NCBI GenBank assembly: GCA_050230475.1
Contig: JBFLGF010000025.1
Location: 1 to 64,000 of the forward strand
Reading direction: 5' to 3'
Length of the DNA stretch: 64,000 nucleotides
Origin: Ancylonema sp.
Lineage: Eukaryota
The notes beneath the pieces were generated by a model. The model saw only the letters and a list, made by a program, of their open reading frames with translations. It was not told the origin of the DNA and searched no databases. The translations under genes were made by a program, and so were the position numbers. Positions 12,701 to 33,300 of this stretch are shown here, in pieces. Positions within the stretch are counted from its first letter, which is position 1, and each line of letters begins with the position of its first letter.

Positions 12701-15445
12701 TTGTATGAAAATTGTGCCCTCCTAAAGGTTGTGTTGTTATCGATGGTGGGCCTCATATATTGGAATATGGGTTCAAACAAACAAAATTGGGTCATTTTCC
12801 ATATAAAAAAACCAGACAACAACACACAATGACGACTAGACATATCACCATGTTGGCTAGATTTATAACAAATGAATTGTTAAGGGCCACGGTGAGGGAA
12901 CACATGAAAGTCCCACAACTCCAAGTTTGGAGATTTGATTTAATATCAGAAAGTATGGGTTACAAGATTTTTGGGGGGGTTTCTTTTACAAGAAAGAGAA
13001 AAAATGAATTGCCGCAAGGGCTTGGGGGAATTTGAGGTTTCATTTATTCAATAAACAAAGGTTTCGTTGGTCTAACTTGAAGTAGGAAACTACTAGTAGG
13101 TAGATTCCATTGATTCAATGCACTGGATGCGTTCGGATAAATGAATATGCGATGATTGATTGATTGGAGAACAATTCTCCTTTTGGAAATTGTATACTTT
13201 TTTGCATACCGTTGAAGAAATTTGGTGCCAAAAGAAACCTTAAAGGTACTTTAAACACACACCAAAAAAATAAAATAAAAAGTTCCAGCGATGAAACCCC
13301 CTTAAACCCACCCAATGATACCCAAACGAACCCCTTAACCGCCAAAAACCCATCCAAACCCCGCAACCCTATCCCCCCCGAGCCAAAAAAAACCTTTGCC
13401 TCTCACCAGTCGAATCCCCAAAAAACCCCCCGAGGATAAAAAAAACTAAAAAAAATAAAAAAAAGTCCGTTGCCTCTCACCTGTTGAATCCGTTGCGCAA
13501 TGGGTATCCCTTTTAGGTGCGGCATCAAGTTGGCAAGTAGGAGGAAGAGGGGGAAGACTTCGATGACCCCGTGGTAGAAAGCGTAGCCGTGGCCGTGGGC
13601 GATGTTCACCAACTCCTTGAAAACCGTAACCGGAGTTCCTGCGCTGTAGTTGAGCTGCGGAGAGAGTTGGAGAAAAATCCGCGTTCGCTTTTTCGCTTGT
13701 TTGCGCTTTTTGGTTTTGATTTTTTTATTTTTTTTTTTTTTATTTTTTTTTATTGTTTTTTTTGTTTTCTTTTGTTTTCTTTTCTATTCTGTTCTTTTTT
13801 TCTTTGACTAGCTGAGCCCCCCCCCGCACCCCGCCTCACCCTTATTTTATGTTATGTTTCATTATGACAAAGTGTATTTATATGAATAATGGTAGTTATA
13901 ATGGTAGCAATTATGTCACCTTTTCTTACAAAGTGGTAAGAAAATTAATTTTGATGTCAAGCCAAATAATAACATGTAAAGACAAACATGTATGAAAATA
14001 TCAAAAAAAAAAAAAAAGTTGTTAGTAACAAAAATAATAATAATGATAATAATGATAATGATAATAACAAAAATCGTTATAGCAACACTAGCCATAAAAT
14101 TTGCAATAATATAATACACATACCGACATACTTACATATATGCATTAACATCACATACATATATACAACTGTAGTCACATAATAACATGCATACATCCAT
14201 ACGCACATTCATACATATGCGGAGGGTACAACGTTTACAGATTTAAGGTCTTGGAGATGCATTAAGGTCGGTAAAAAGGGAGGTCACAAAATTGCACATC
14301 GCATGTATCATGCTACTAACAAAGAAAATCCTACAATTTCCTCGAAATTTCCAAGATTGGACTCTCACCGGGTTGCGTCTTGAACAGCCTTCTTGATGGT
14401 ACAAATTTTGCGCGTCAAACGTGTGACCCGACCACTGGACATACACGTTTTCGAGCACCGAAATCCTCGCCACGTATTTGGGGTGCAAGGAGGCGTCTCC
14501 GCGATGGGTGCAGAGCGGATTGTGGACTTTGTTCATCCGCTTGCTTTTATCTGCCCGGTTATCCGGGCAGTTTTTGGGATCTTGGGCCTCTTCGTCGTTG
14601 AAATGCGAGAGTTCTGAGTTGGTGCACGCCCGGAACCCGGCCGAAAAGTTTTGCGGGCAGCCCGAAAATCTCGGGCACTCGTTGTGGGGGCACACGAGGT
14701 CACCCAATTCGATTTGGGTTAAGGACTCCGGGCGGATGTCAAACTCAAGCCTGGTCACGTTCAGTGGTTTTTGTGTCCTCCAGACCTCGATCTGCCCCGA
14801 TTTACGGTCGGCTAAAAATTTGTGGATGTCGCCGGTCCAACGTTCGGACACCCGTTTCTTTCCCCCCTGTTTTTGGGGCAGCTTTTCTAACAGCCTGGCT
14901 CTTCGTACAGGACCTTCTCGGGCAGACCGGAAATTTTCCCCTGACTGGAATGGCCACCTGTCATCTCCCCGCCACCATCCGAGCAATGGGCGGCTGAACC
15001 AGACCCCTATGCTGCTCCATACCCCTGTAAAATAATAGGAAGCCGCACCCCTGAGAAGTGATATCGCCGAGCGCCCAACTCCAGCCTGCTCTGACTCCGT
15101 ATCCGATTCCGTACCCGACTCCGTGACCGACTCCGATTCCTGAACCCCGATCTTTGCCTGCTGCCCCCCTGTCCCTCTTCTCCGTATCGATTTTTGGGTG
15201 GCCCTGATAGGTCGGATACCAAATGGCGGGTCGTCATCCGATACGGTATCCTCTCCCCACGGGAAGGCGGAGTTGGGGTCGAAATGGGGGTCCACCTGCA
15301 AGTGGTACTCCGCACTGTCCCGCGGCCGGCCACGTGGATGTGCGCCTCGACCAAGTTTACCATGCGCCCCGGCCGCTGCCGTACAGGTTGCCGTACAAGT
15401 TATGAAAATCACCAGAGCTCCTAGACTGAGCTGACTGCGAAGCAT
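9799..15445 (-). CDS. Glycosyltransferase family 61 (DUF563)-like protein, ~649 aa; exons 15445-14369, 13654-13481, 11579-11469, 10884-10593, 10094-9799
   Basis: N-terminal hydrophobic signal/anchor and a YAFYHGVIE motif. C-terminal LFNRARLFVSPHGALCVNMVFMP..VFEIRP..FHHLAEVCEL is typical of GT61. All four GT-AG introns join in frame (1950 nt total). Exon 3 (EELYEPLG...FFGNQVYV) is absent from the ORF track. Confidence 0.8.
11590..11852. repeat. Degenerate ~10-bp tandem repeat (ATCCGTACAN) in GT61 intron 2
   Basis: Repeated aatccgtacagatccgtacagatccgtacaaatcc and variants. Confidence 0.7.
12411..12496. repeat. 26-bp tandem repeat x3 with internal palindrome
   Basis: Unit AAAGTCAA-CGGGA-TTGACTTT-GTGCG starting at 12419, 12445 and 12471. 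Confidence 0.85.
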
Positions 15446-15521
15446 TTCTTGAGGTGCGTGTGAACATGGACGGATCTGTGGGTCCCACGCTGTAACAGGA
15501 TGGTCACAACGTCACCTGCCG

Positions 15522-15577
15522 CCTGTCACCTACATTCCTTACGACGACTCCTGTCACCTACATTCCTTACGACGACT
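15522..15577. repeat. Perfect 28-bp tandem duplication in the GT61/AAA-ATPase divergent promoter region
   Basis: CCTGTCACCTACATTCCTTACGACGACT at 15522 and 15550. Confidence 0.85.
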
Positions 15578-16135
15578 GCTGCTGTACGATCGGGTAGCAC
15601 TGAGCGCTCATTTCGGGCGTGCGATCACGCGTGCGGTACCTGCAGTTCTGTCGCGACTTGCTGCTAACAAGCACGTCGCTACATCCGCGCCCATGTCGCC
15701 GAAAGCTAGAACCAGTACAATCAGCAATCAACAATCAGTCACTTATCCCTATCTATAGGCAACCATGCGTGTAGGCTCAAACCGAACCAACAAACGAACC
15801 ACCATTTGTTGGTTTACCAACAAATTGACGGACGGACGGACGGACAGACGGACGGACGGACACACGAACGAAATTTCGATCGAATAAATGTGAACCGTAG
15901 ATGTGCGTCGTTGACATCTCTAGATCTTGGACCGCCTTTTATTGGACACCGGATCAGTCTGACGCGCGACACCGCCGTCCGAATCCGTCGTAAACTCGCA
16001 ACCGATTGGTTCCGCGGCAAACGCACGAACACAAGCGGAACTGACCGGATTTTGCGCCGTTGAATTAGAAGCATGAATTTTTCCTTGCTCGACTACGGCA
16101 CCTAGCTCAGCCTTCACGCAACTTTTTCACCTAAG

Positions 16136-22996
<6,861 letters not shown>

Positions 22997-23121
22997 CACG
23001 TGGCAATCATAGGTTGGCGTAGTGTAGCGGCCTACACAAAGACGGAGGGGGAAAAGAACAAACGTAGAAGACAAGGCGATACGACAATGCTTATGATGTA
23101 GACATAGGTTACAACCATGAT

Positions 23122-23361
23122 CATAGTTGCGTCCCAGACCGTCCGGGGATCTCCGGACGCGTCCGGGACGCGTCCGAGCCCGGACGCGTCCCGGACCCGG
23201 ACGCCTCAGCCAAAATCTGATATCCATATTTTTGGAACCCCCATATTTGTGTGACTTCAGAGGGAAAACCCCCTTTTTTTTTTGTGCATCTTAGTTGCGT
23301 CCCAGACCGTCCGGGGATCCCCGGACGCGTCCGGGATCCTCGTGTCCGGGATCCAACTATG
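23122..23361. mobile_element. hAT-type MITE, 240 bp
   Basis: TIRs CATAGTTG...CAACTATG. Perfect 8-bp TSD ACCATGAT (23114-21, 23362-69). Subterminal CCGGACGCGTCCGG repeats. Confidence 0.85.
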
Positions 23362-23800
23362 ACCATGATCGGTTTCTCTTTGGATGTCATTTTTTTTAAA
23401 ATCTTGCCGCGAAGGCGTTTGAACGATTTCGTACACATGTAGTTGCCACGTGTACAATTTCGTACACGTGGAACTGCCACGTGTACAATCCTATGAGAAC
23501 CAAAAGAGAGGGGAATGGGAGTTGTGAGATGAGACATGCTTTGTACAAGCACACAAGGAGGCACCAAGGAGGAGTTGTCCGTTATAACGAGTTCAAATCG
23601 TTTACAACGTAGTATGTCATCACCTCAAACCACAATTGAACGATGAAACGCCAGAAATCCGATCTACGTTGCAGCCATGCTCAATGCCACACTAGTTGAA
23701 AACCAAGGTGTCAAGGTAGGCCAAGGATGATTATTCGAAGTAGGCGTTGTTGATGTATCAAGCAACTTGGGCGTTTTCGACTACAGACTAATATCCTATT

Positions 23801-25303
23801 CCGTAGTGGCCATACATAATGACCCGGGTAAAAAAAAAAAACAAATAATTTTTGTAGTGACCCACCAACTTGACCCGGGAAAAATATATTTATTATCCCG
23901 TGACCCAAAATTGTGACCCGGGTAAAAAATATTTACTATACCGTGACCCGGCAAGGAAAATGACCCACCCCGAAACAACGCGTAATTTGTGCCGCACCAG
24001 TACCGCATTAATTAGGATCCTACAAACCTTGGGGCGGTAAATTTCGGCCGTCATTTTATTTTCTGGTTTTTCCGGTTTTTATTTTATTTTTGCACTACAC
24101 CGTTCACTTTACACAAAAAAAACCGTTCACTTTTCTATATATCAAATTTATTCGCCGTTCATCCGTTCACTTTACACTAAAAAATCCGTTCACTTTCCTC
24201 AATCTCAAATTTATTCGCCGTTCATCCGTTCACTTTACACTGAAAATTCAGTTCACTTTCCTTCATCTCAAATTTACTCGCCGTTCATCCGTTCACATTA
24301 CACTAAAAACCCCGTTCACTTTCCTTCACCTCAAATTTATTCGCCGTTCATCCATCCAATTTACACCAAGAAATCCGTTCACACTCCTTTATCTCAATTT
24401 ATTCACCGTTCATCCGTTCAATTGACACCCGGAAATCCATTCCCTTTCATTTTATCTCAAATTTATTTGACGTTCATCCGTTCACTTAACACTGAAAATT
24501 CCGTTCACTTTCCTACATTTCAAATTTATTCGCCGTTCATCCAATTTACACCAAGAAATCTGTTCACTCTCCTTCATCTCAATTTATTCGCCGTTCATCC
24601 GTTCACTTTCGCTCAAAAGCCTTATCTCGGTGCGGTGCGCTGTCGGCTCTAGATTGCGGCCTTGCAGACTGCAGTAGCCTATGAGAATTGAACACATACT
24701 TTTAAACTTCTAGTTTATGTGACTTTTAATCTTTTAGGCTTGTAGAATTTTAGTTTATTTTTTAGACTTTGTCGCTCATCGTCATGAAAAAATGTCCGTT
24801 ATACAAATAATATGAGAAATCCCGAAGAGATGAAGGCGAATGCTTTGAAAGTAGTAAGTGAGTGTGTGGAGACATCCTCATGCTTTCGGTTTTTCGATTT
24901 TTTCACAATTTTCGGGGATTTGAAAGGTGTAATGCGGTTTAAAATTTGTGGGAAGTCTATGTTGTTTGTCATATTGGCTTGTGCATGGTGCAAAAATACA
25001 AGAAAAATGAAAACCTTCATTAATCCCCGACATGTCCACCCCCCCCCCCCTAAATTTGCGAAAAGGAAACAAATGACGATCGATTAGGCTGCTACCGGAC
25101 CACGATTGATCTTGGGCGACCGGGATCCGACCACACATGTATTTTGAGCAAAAAGCAGAATAAAATCGATTTTATGATGTTGACCCACTACGCCGGCTTT
25201 GGGAATATATGGCGTGACCCAACCCCACAATTCGAATTATTTAATTTGACCCGACCCGCCCTTTCAATAATTATTTGCAGGTCATTATGTATGGCCAGTA
25301 CGG
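23801..25303. mobile_element. Longer non-autonomous member of MITE family A (1.5 kb)
   Basis: Left end CCGTAGTGGCCATACATAATGACC and right end GGTCATTATGTATGGCCAGTACGG followed by TA. The subterminal ttatttaatttgacccgacccgccc matches the 3785-4021 copy. No transposase recognised. Confidence 0.7.
24095..24610. repeat. 63-bp minisatellite, ~8 copies
   Basis: CAAATTTATTCGCCGTTCATCCGTTCAC recurs at 24143, 24206, 24269, 24332 and onward. Confidence 0.85.
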
Positions 25304-26308
25304 TAGATGTATCATGTCAACAAAAAAAGCATCGGCGACAAGCTCTAGATAATTGGTATCTTTTGTCTTGATTGCTACGGATCTCCGCTCCTACCCTTAG
25401 CGCCCAAACACCCGATCTTGATGTATCCGACTCAGCTTCGTTCTTAGATCCCTTTTTGAGACCTCCTCGATCTTTCAAGCTCACCTTTTTATGGACCGCG
25501 CACATTTCAATCGCCCTTGTTATAGGCCTCGGTTATTGTTGACTTTTTCGATTCGGTGCATATAAGGGGCTATTAGTAGCTATGATTGGGACTACTCAAT
25601 ACTATTCAATATAAGGGAGTAATATTATGTGCCATTATGGGTTGATATGATTGAGCTACCCCGTTGCCAACGTGCGGTATTATGTGGTCGGGATATTGTG
25701 ATTTATTGTTGATGGGTGGGGTAAGTAGGTGGGGTAAGGGTAGGGGGTGGGGTAGGTGGGGTGTGTATACCTTCGGACTTAGAGCGGGTTATAATTTGGT
25801 CGGTTCAGGATGTCAACTTGTGCATAGAAGTACTAATTGTCCAAGTGTGTAATTCCTTTACTTCAAACCAATAGGGCATATTGACTAGTGCACATTTATT
25901 GGTCGGAAACTGCATAAATGAATTCGCATGATAGTATTACAAGGATTGTCATTATTTATATTTAATGAAGGATATATTGTCTTTTCTATGCACGTAGAGA
26001 GTCTAATGATGACCATCTTTAAGTGAACTTGAACATCGACAAAAAAACAAGCTTAGATATGCAACATACTTGATGACTCGAGAACATTAACAAGTCAACA
26101 CCCAAACATTAAGCTCAGAAGATGGGTGAATCACATGAGAACGACCAAATTAAGATAAAAGACTTTGCCATGGCAGTCCAACGATGACTGGGTGTTCCAA
26201 ATAAATTTTGTAAACACGAATAAGAAACTCGATATGTATTCCAAGATAGCACATTTCGACCTAGGGAGAAGGCAACAGAGTTGAAACCAATGCCTCAAGC
26301 CTACTTCA

Positions 26309-28412
26309 TTACGATTCCGAATCCGATTCCGATTCCGTGTCCCCGAAATACTTGACCAAGGTTTTCTCGAACATCTCTTCCAAAGCATCCTTGGGCAACA
26401 TCTCTCGCACACGCTTGTTCCCAAGGAGCTCCTTGTCATTTACCAAAAACTTGAGACAAAGCGACCGCATTCCGATGACCCTAAGTTCAATCGATTGCAA
26501 CGTCAACTCGACCACATTACTTGCTGTGATGGAGGCATCCACGAGGTTACAAAGATTTGGAACATTGTACTTATCACCGAGAGCCCACGATTCAACAACG
26601 TTCCCTTCCACATCTCCTTGCGAGAGTGCTCCCTTGTAAAGATACTCAAGGAACACCTCCTCAGCCGAAGTTGAGAAGTCCGTGATCTCAATGGTCGAAA
26701 CATTTTTCTCAATCATATCCGAGGCTAGCATGGCCTCGAACACGGGTGACTTGAGCATCTGCATTAGAGGCAATGACAAGACGTCAAACAAAAGCTTCAA
26801 CTTGTATCGCAACACAAGACATACGAAGCACACCAACAAAGAACTTCAACAACATGCAAGCGGGACACGAGGACCACACTAGTGCCATGATCTTGAGACG
26901 TGGGAAGACCTCGGAAACCGTTGTTGCCCATGGCAAGTCTTGCGGAGATCGTTGTTGATGACTTTGTTGTGAACTTTGGTAAGCAAAGGGTTATGAACAA
27001 CGGGATGTGACCCACCAGTTGGAGCTTGTGGGCGGGAATAGTTTTAGTTTGCGTTTGTATCTTCAAGTCAACCCCCTTCTGGGTGGAGACGAGTTTCCAT
27101 GCACGAACGCCGTCCGTGAGGCACTGACGATTCGACTTGCACACAGTGAAGGGGGTCGACTGCGGATTCCAATCACATCGTTAAGTCGACATGGAGAGGG
27201 AAACGAGGATGAACGAATGAGGTGTTACGTACGTTATCGACCATCCTCAAACAAAGTCAAATTAGCCCGGAAATTTTATTTATTATTATTTTGCAATATT
27301 GGAGAAGCAAGGGAACAGACGCTTCCACATATTGCGCGATGCAACACATCCGTGAATGTTCGGGAGGACATCTTAAGCCATGCAGATGGGGAGTCATGAC
27401 CCCCCATGAGAAGTACTGACCTCTACATGAGAACATCTATTGTGGATGCCAACATTCCTTGAAGGTGGGACGGGCGGAGATTCGGATGGAACAAGCCGGA
27501 GAAGGTTTCCTTTTTAGGCTGAGGGGATGACATCACCTTTCCCCGTATACAACCAATGACATCACCTTGCTGCCATCACCTTTCCACAAACAATGCATAT
27601 CGAACAAATGGTCATCGCGTATGTTTGCCTCTTGTCTTCGGTCACACCACCCAACGAGCCCAACGAGCTCAAAGACGTTACACGAAACATTCTCATTGGT
27701 CATACATGACAAAAACGGAAGGCGTTAGTGGCAAAAATCGTCGATTGGCAAAAGGTGTGAGTGGCAAAATTCGTGATTGCCACAACAATTTTGTGCTTCA
27801 TGGTGTTAAAAAATAGGGCGAGCAACCACGTGCCACGTGCCTGTCATAGCCGACTTCCCATTCGCTAGCTCGCAAACAATGACAACCGAGAACTCCGTCT
27901 GTTGGACCTTGTCGCCCTCACATCGGATGGAGACGTAAAGCTTCTGATTGTCCTCCCCATACTTTTTATTAGTGATACAGATGTTCCTGCACAAGGCGCC
28001 CCCATAGAACACTCTCGTGATTACACTCTTCAACGCGGCCATCACAAGAACCACGATGAAAATATGATAAGGTCAAGATTTGTAAGCACATGCCAAAAAT
28101 TGATCTACAATCCCATAGAGAAGAGAGGTTACATGAAGGTGATCATGGGACACTTGTGACATTTGAGTCGCATCCTTTTTTGTTTTTTGTACTTGTGATT
28201 CCGATCTTTGACCATCCGAACAAGGCTTCGTTCCATAGCTCCACTCGCTTACTTCTAGTGAGCACATGGACGTAGGTGACCATTTCTTCCACTCACCATA
28301 TGAACGCTTTTGCTTCGAATGCAATCTTCTCATCCGCCGTCCAACTGACTCGCTTGATTTTCCACTCGACCACATGACCTAGGCGCAACTCTTTGCCTTG
28401 AGATGATGACAT
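26309..28412 (-). pseudogene. MATH-like/BTB gene copy 1, probable pseudogene; exons 28412-28297, 27986-27841, ~27560-27421, 27159-27016, 26758-26309
   Basis: BTB motifs IPAHKLQL|MLKSPVFEAML, IEITDFS, FLEYLYKG and DKYNVPNL. Exon 3 lacks 16 nt (ACATTGAGCTTCTACA) present in copy 2, creating an in-frame TAG at 27425-27423. The exon-3 acceptor is unclear. Confidence 0.7.
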
Positions 28413-29269
28413 ACTTGATACCACAGGCGCTTCTTTGTCTTTTTTAGATGCAAGATCGAGGGGAATCCTACAAATACAGTAAACGAGGCACTAAAGAGTA
28501 GTATCACATAGATGTAAGTGAAAAAATATGCTCTGTAGAAAATATGCTCTGGGGCTCTATGCCCTCCCTTTGGGGTTTGAGTTTCCCTCTGCTACCACAT
28601 GGCCGATGTAGGCTTCTTGGTCTGGTGCTGATTCTCGTAAACAACATCGATATGCAAATGAAGTCGAACAACTTGGCAAGTTCTAGGTGAGAGTTGCCGA
28701 TAATATTAGAATACAATATATTGGTCAATCAGCTTACAAGCTTGACAACGGACACGGCATACATATCAACTGGCACTAAAGCGAAACAGTCCAGCGTCAT
28801 TAAATGTTCAAGATTTAAACGCCACTTAGAGCTCCAGGACACAGTGAGGTCAAAAGACTCTTATTTCAGGAGGTTCAAATCATAAATAAATCATTCGAGC
28901 TGTAATCCCTTACAGTCCTTGAGGTTTTTCGTGCCTACTCTATTCCAGTATGAAGACAGGTGGACGTTTTATTCGAGGAATCGTGAGCCAATCTCAAAGG
29001 GAAACACGGCAGGAGAGTAGGAGAGATTTCTGCTCATTTACTCCTCGGTCTCCACGCACCAGCTGCAGTCTTCTGACAACGTTAGGCATCATAGTTGGCT
29101 CACATCCAGCTCATAGTTGGCTCCGCCCCGGGCGGTTGTTTTCACCCTGAAAGCCGGCCGGGGCGATCCTGCTCAGGGCGGTGTTCTAAGCGAAAATGTG
29201 GGGCGGAGCGAAAATCCGCCCCATGCGGAGATATGGGAGGTTTTCTTCAAAACTGACATGTTGGAACTA

Positions 29270-30350
29270 CAGCAAACCCTTGATATAGTGACACTCGATA
29301 TAGTAACAATCACGATATAGTGACATTTTTTTCGCCCGTTTTTTAATTCTATATAAAAACCCACTCTATATAGTGACAATCTCTATAGTGACACACATTA
29401 TAGTGACCAAAATATCCCAGATTTTACTATTGAGATGTCACTATAACGAGTGAATATTCGAACAAACGCCGTTTATATGACCCATTTACCTGCATATATA
29501 TTTATTTATAAAAAAAAAAAAAAAAAACTTGTCGCCCAGGCATAGGAGGCGGTGACAATATTGGAGGACTTCTTAGGTCAACAAGCAAGTGGAAAAATTA
29601 TTTATAACCTAGACGCGCAGGGTATTTGAACAAATCGGCAAAAAAGTTATTAGCACCCTCAAACTAAGCAAGTTGGGCTTGTGGTAGTATGTGAAACATT
29701 TTTGTTCAAGGAAGGAAAATTGTGTACTTGACTTTTCTAAACGGGGACGTTGTACAAGAAGAACTATTTGGAGTGTTATTTGACTACGATTCTGGGATCC
29801 CCTTGATGTACTCGTATATGTCGTCCATACGTTCATAATAAAATATCTGAATTTTGAAACAAGTGTGCAAGAATCGTATGAGTCTCATGCCAATATGCAC
29901 CGCATGGATAGGAAGTTAGTAATTACGAGCGGATTTGAATTTAAGCACCACTTCATCCCATTCATTGTACCTTTGAATGTACGTATGCCAAAGTTTGTTG
30001 GAGACGGAACATGAATGTCTACGTTTTCAATACATGCATCCGAGCATCTCGGTGTGTATTCTTCTACACACGCATACGTATTGATGTTTTCATTGCGATT
30101 TTACTTCGATATATGCTTCATTCATGGAAAAAAAACGCTCCCACCTTTATAACAGGATATGAAAAATCGTTGCGAACCCGATCTGATAGCTTAAAGTACC
30201 TGGATTTCACTTTCCCTCGATATGGTGACATTTGCCCGATGTCGCCCTATCAAATGTCACTATACAGTGTACAATGACATTCCTAGCATTCGATATAGTG
30301 ACATTATTTTTCACTGTCTATAAATTTGTCACTATATCAAGGGTTTACTG
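29270..30350. mobile_element. pogo/Tigger-like Tc1/mariner non-autonomous element (family B), 1081 bp
   Basis: 24-bp TIR CAG(C/T)AAACCCTTGATATAGTGACA with one mismatch. TA on both sides. Many subterminal ATATAGTGACA motifs. Confidence 0.85.
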
Positions 30351-33300
30351 TAGTTTGTCAACACAAAATAAGATTACACGGATGAAGTGACAGTTACACA
30401 AATATTTTCATAAACAAGCCGTTTATGAGTTTTGGAACCGCTTCCGAGATTTAACCGGTTCGGAACAAGGCAAACCAGGTGATTTCTGGGATTTCCATTT
30501 TCCCACCAAAATGTAAGCATTACCATAATTAGGTAGGAAATGATGAATATTTTTTTCCAAGGTGTTCAACAAATTCGAGTGGACACAGAGTCGGGATCGA
30601 TAAGGGTTTATGCAAATTTTAATGAACTTCATGTATTTGAAATGAAACGTTGCACCATAAAATGATGAGGGTAAAACAAAACTTACCATCACACGAGAAG
30701 GGTTACCCAGATGTGTTGTCAATGAGATTTTTTCCAATGAACATCATTTTTTTGATACATTTGTAAGCTACGCAAGAAGAAAATATGTGTTGAGTATTTC
30801 TTTTGTACGTGACCTATAAAAACAATCATATTTTGAAAATACATTTCCTATTAGTTCCGGACTAAGGCCTCAAATATATTATGAATATGCCTAGGGTACC
30901 GACGATTCTGGGCCCGTCATGACCAAAAGTGGTGAATCGCGGTAAGTCGTAAGCTTATCGAGGGTCTGCGTTATAACGCGTCGAAATGACGCGTAAATTA
31001 TCGTCAACCGTAGCCGTCACGATATCGTGTACAATGAAACCTCTTTTAATTGATATTGCGCTAATTAATTACCAGCCTCATCTACTACAATTTTTTCCGC
31101 CCGATTTCAGGTGACGTGTGAAGTATTGACATGTCTACATCGATGTTTGTGAACGGTCCCGGGAGTACTTGCTCTAGCTGAATCATAGTGGGCTTCGCCC
31201 CGTTTTATGCGTCTTGGGGCGTTAAAATATTCCGATCAATTGTGGAGTTAATTAAAAAAGGGAGGGACTTCACGTTGTCGAGGGGTGTGGAGGGGTGTGC
31301 CCGCAGTCGCTTGGAGGGTGAGCCCGCAGTTTCACCCTGTGTCTAAAAGCACTCCAAGACCACATAGATCTTGTACATTAGATAAAAATTCAGATACGAC
31401 AAGTATTCGATTGTTGAAAACACTCATAAGTACATGGAAGGCAATTGGCACCTTGGAAGAGAAAAGTTTGACAATGTCCTTCTTAGCTCCATGGATCACC
31501 GCCTGCTTCCATTCCTGCAAATAGTTTGCATCCTCAATATCCTTCAATGCCGTCAGGCCTATGGCCCCATCTACCTCTATTACTCTCATCCCGAGTTCAA
31601 GGAACAGTCTGAATGAATCGCTACCATTTAATCTCTTGGATTTCCGGAATTTCCAACATTATAGGTTAAAATTACCGGATTTTCGAAATAATTTTTACTA
31701 ATCATTGACGGATTTATCCGTTTGCAAACCTATGCCTAATACGAATATTGTAAATCTCCGTCCATGTCGGAGATATTCGAGGTCGCACGTGTTGCACGTA
31801 GGAGCCGTACAAAAGTCACTTAGATTAATCCGGTTATGGTTGGCGATGCGTGATTGCGGGGTACGGTGTGGCGGCATGTGCGTGGCTGCATACTGTACCC
31901 GCCATATTTAATGTCCCACTAATTAAATAATTATTTTCGAATGGGTAAAAAATCCGGGTTATAAATATTAATCACTAGGTCGGCTTTTGGGGCCTAAAGT
32001 CATCCAATTCCCGATTTTTTTATCTTGCCAAGGGCTATATTTTTTAGTGAGGGTTAAGTGGTTTTTTAAGATAATTCTGGGGCTTCATCCAAAACTAAGG
32101 GATCTCACCTCATAGAAGGTGGTATGTTGATATTAACGATGATGTTTCATTGTCGTTGGAACGGATTTTTTAATCATATTTGAAAAGATGTTAACCGAAG
32201 AGTGTTTACTAAAACATGTCGTATGTGTAAGGGGGGGGGAAAAGTTTAATCTTCAATGTTTTAGTAAGAAAATTCACGCCTAATAACGAATGAGATTCAA
32301 CGCATGCATAAAAATTCCATCTCCAAGAAAAGCTCACATATTGGATCCGGGTTACGAGTGGCAAATCGGACTTCTAGTGCCCTTCCGGTGGGAGTCCGGA
32401 AATTCGAAAGTTGTGGATGAGTTTTCAGGTGTAGGTTGGTAAATAATAAGGATATGGAAGGGTATATGAATGTTATCAAAGGCCTGTGAAGTAAAAAAAT
32501 ATAGATTTTTGAAGGGCTTTTAAGACCATGTTTGATTATAACGCACCTTTTACGGTAAAATGTGTCTCAATCAATATTGTTGGGCTCGGGAAACGGATCA
32601 TTTAGTATGAACACGTCACATTTTGGGTGGAAGATTACATACCATGTTATAAAAGTTCCTAAAAAGCATATTATTAGTAAGTATAGGCTTTGTTGTCTAG
32701 GGTGGGGAAATTTTAAATAATCAATCGCCGGGAAAGGGGTGGGCGGAAAGTTGGGGCGTTAAAATTGACTCCCAAGGGCGTGGGCGGATTGCTAGGGCAT
32801 TTATGTACTATTTCCATTTGGGATTCTCTCGAGAATTAAATATAGCGGGCACGGTATGCAGGACTCGCACGAAACTATCGTGAGATGGTTCATAAAGTGC
32901 AATCGGAAGATACATACACGAATTTCTGAATACCATTTTCATAGAATACAGTCACGTACCGAAAAAACTCGTTAAATCGTTAAGTGCGTTAGGCAATTAC
33001 ATCCCGTAGGCCGGTAGGTAAAATAAATAATTACTTACGACGGTCGGAAATAGCGACACCTCGCTATAACTAGAGCATGTACCCGGCCTAGAGCCGCTAC
33101 CGATGGAAAATAGCGGAACAACCCCGTTAGAGCGAGTCCGATTGCTACCACACGGCATTGCTTATCGTTTTTGCTTGTGTAAATCACGTTTAAGATTAAC
33201 AGTTAAAAACCTGGCACATACAATATACAAATATATTGGTAGAGTAAGCCCGGCGTCCACCGCGGGCCACATTATGGAACCAAACTTGACCACACTAAAT

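Noticed and set aside
24095..24610. CRISPR-like regular repeat
   Set aside because: Whole 63-bp units are repeated with no unique spacers, there are no cas genes, and the context is eukaryotic. It is a minisatellite.
31440..31560. Glycogen/starch phosphorylase similarity (LQEWKQA..K)
   Set aside because: The diagnostic downstream KRIHEYKRQ motif is absent, so the match is too weak to call.
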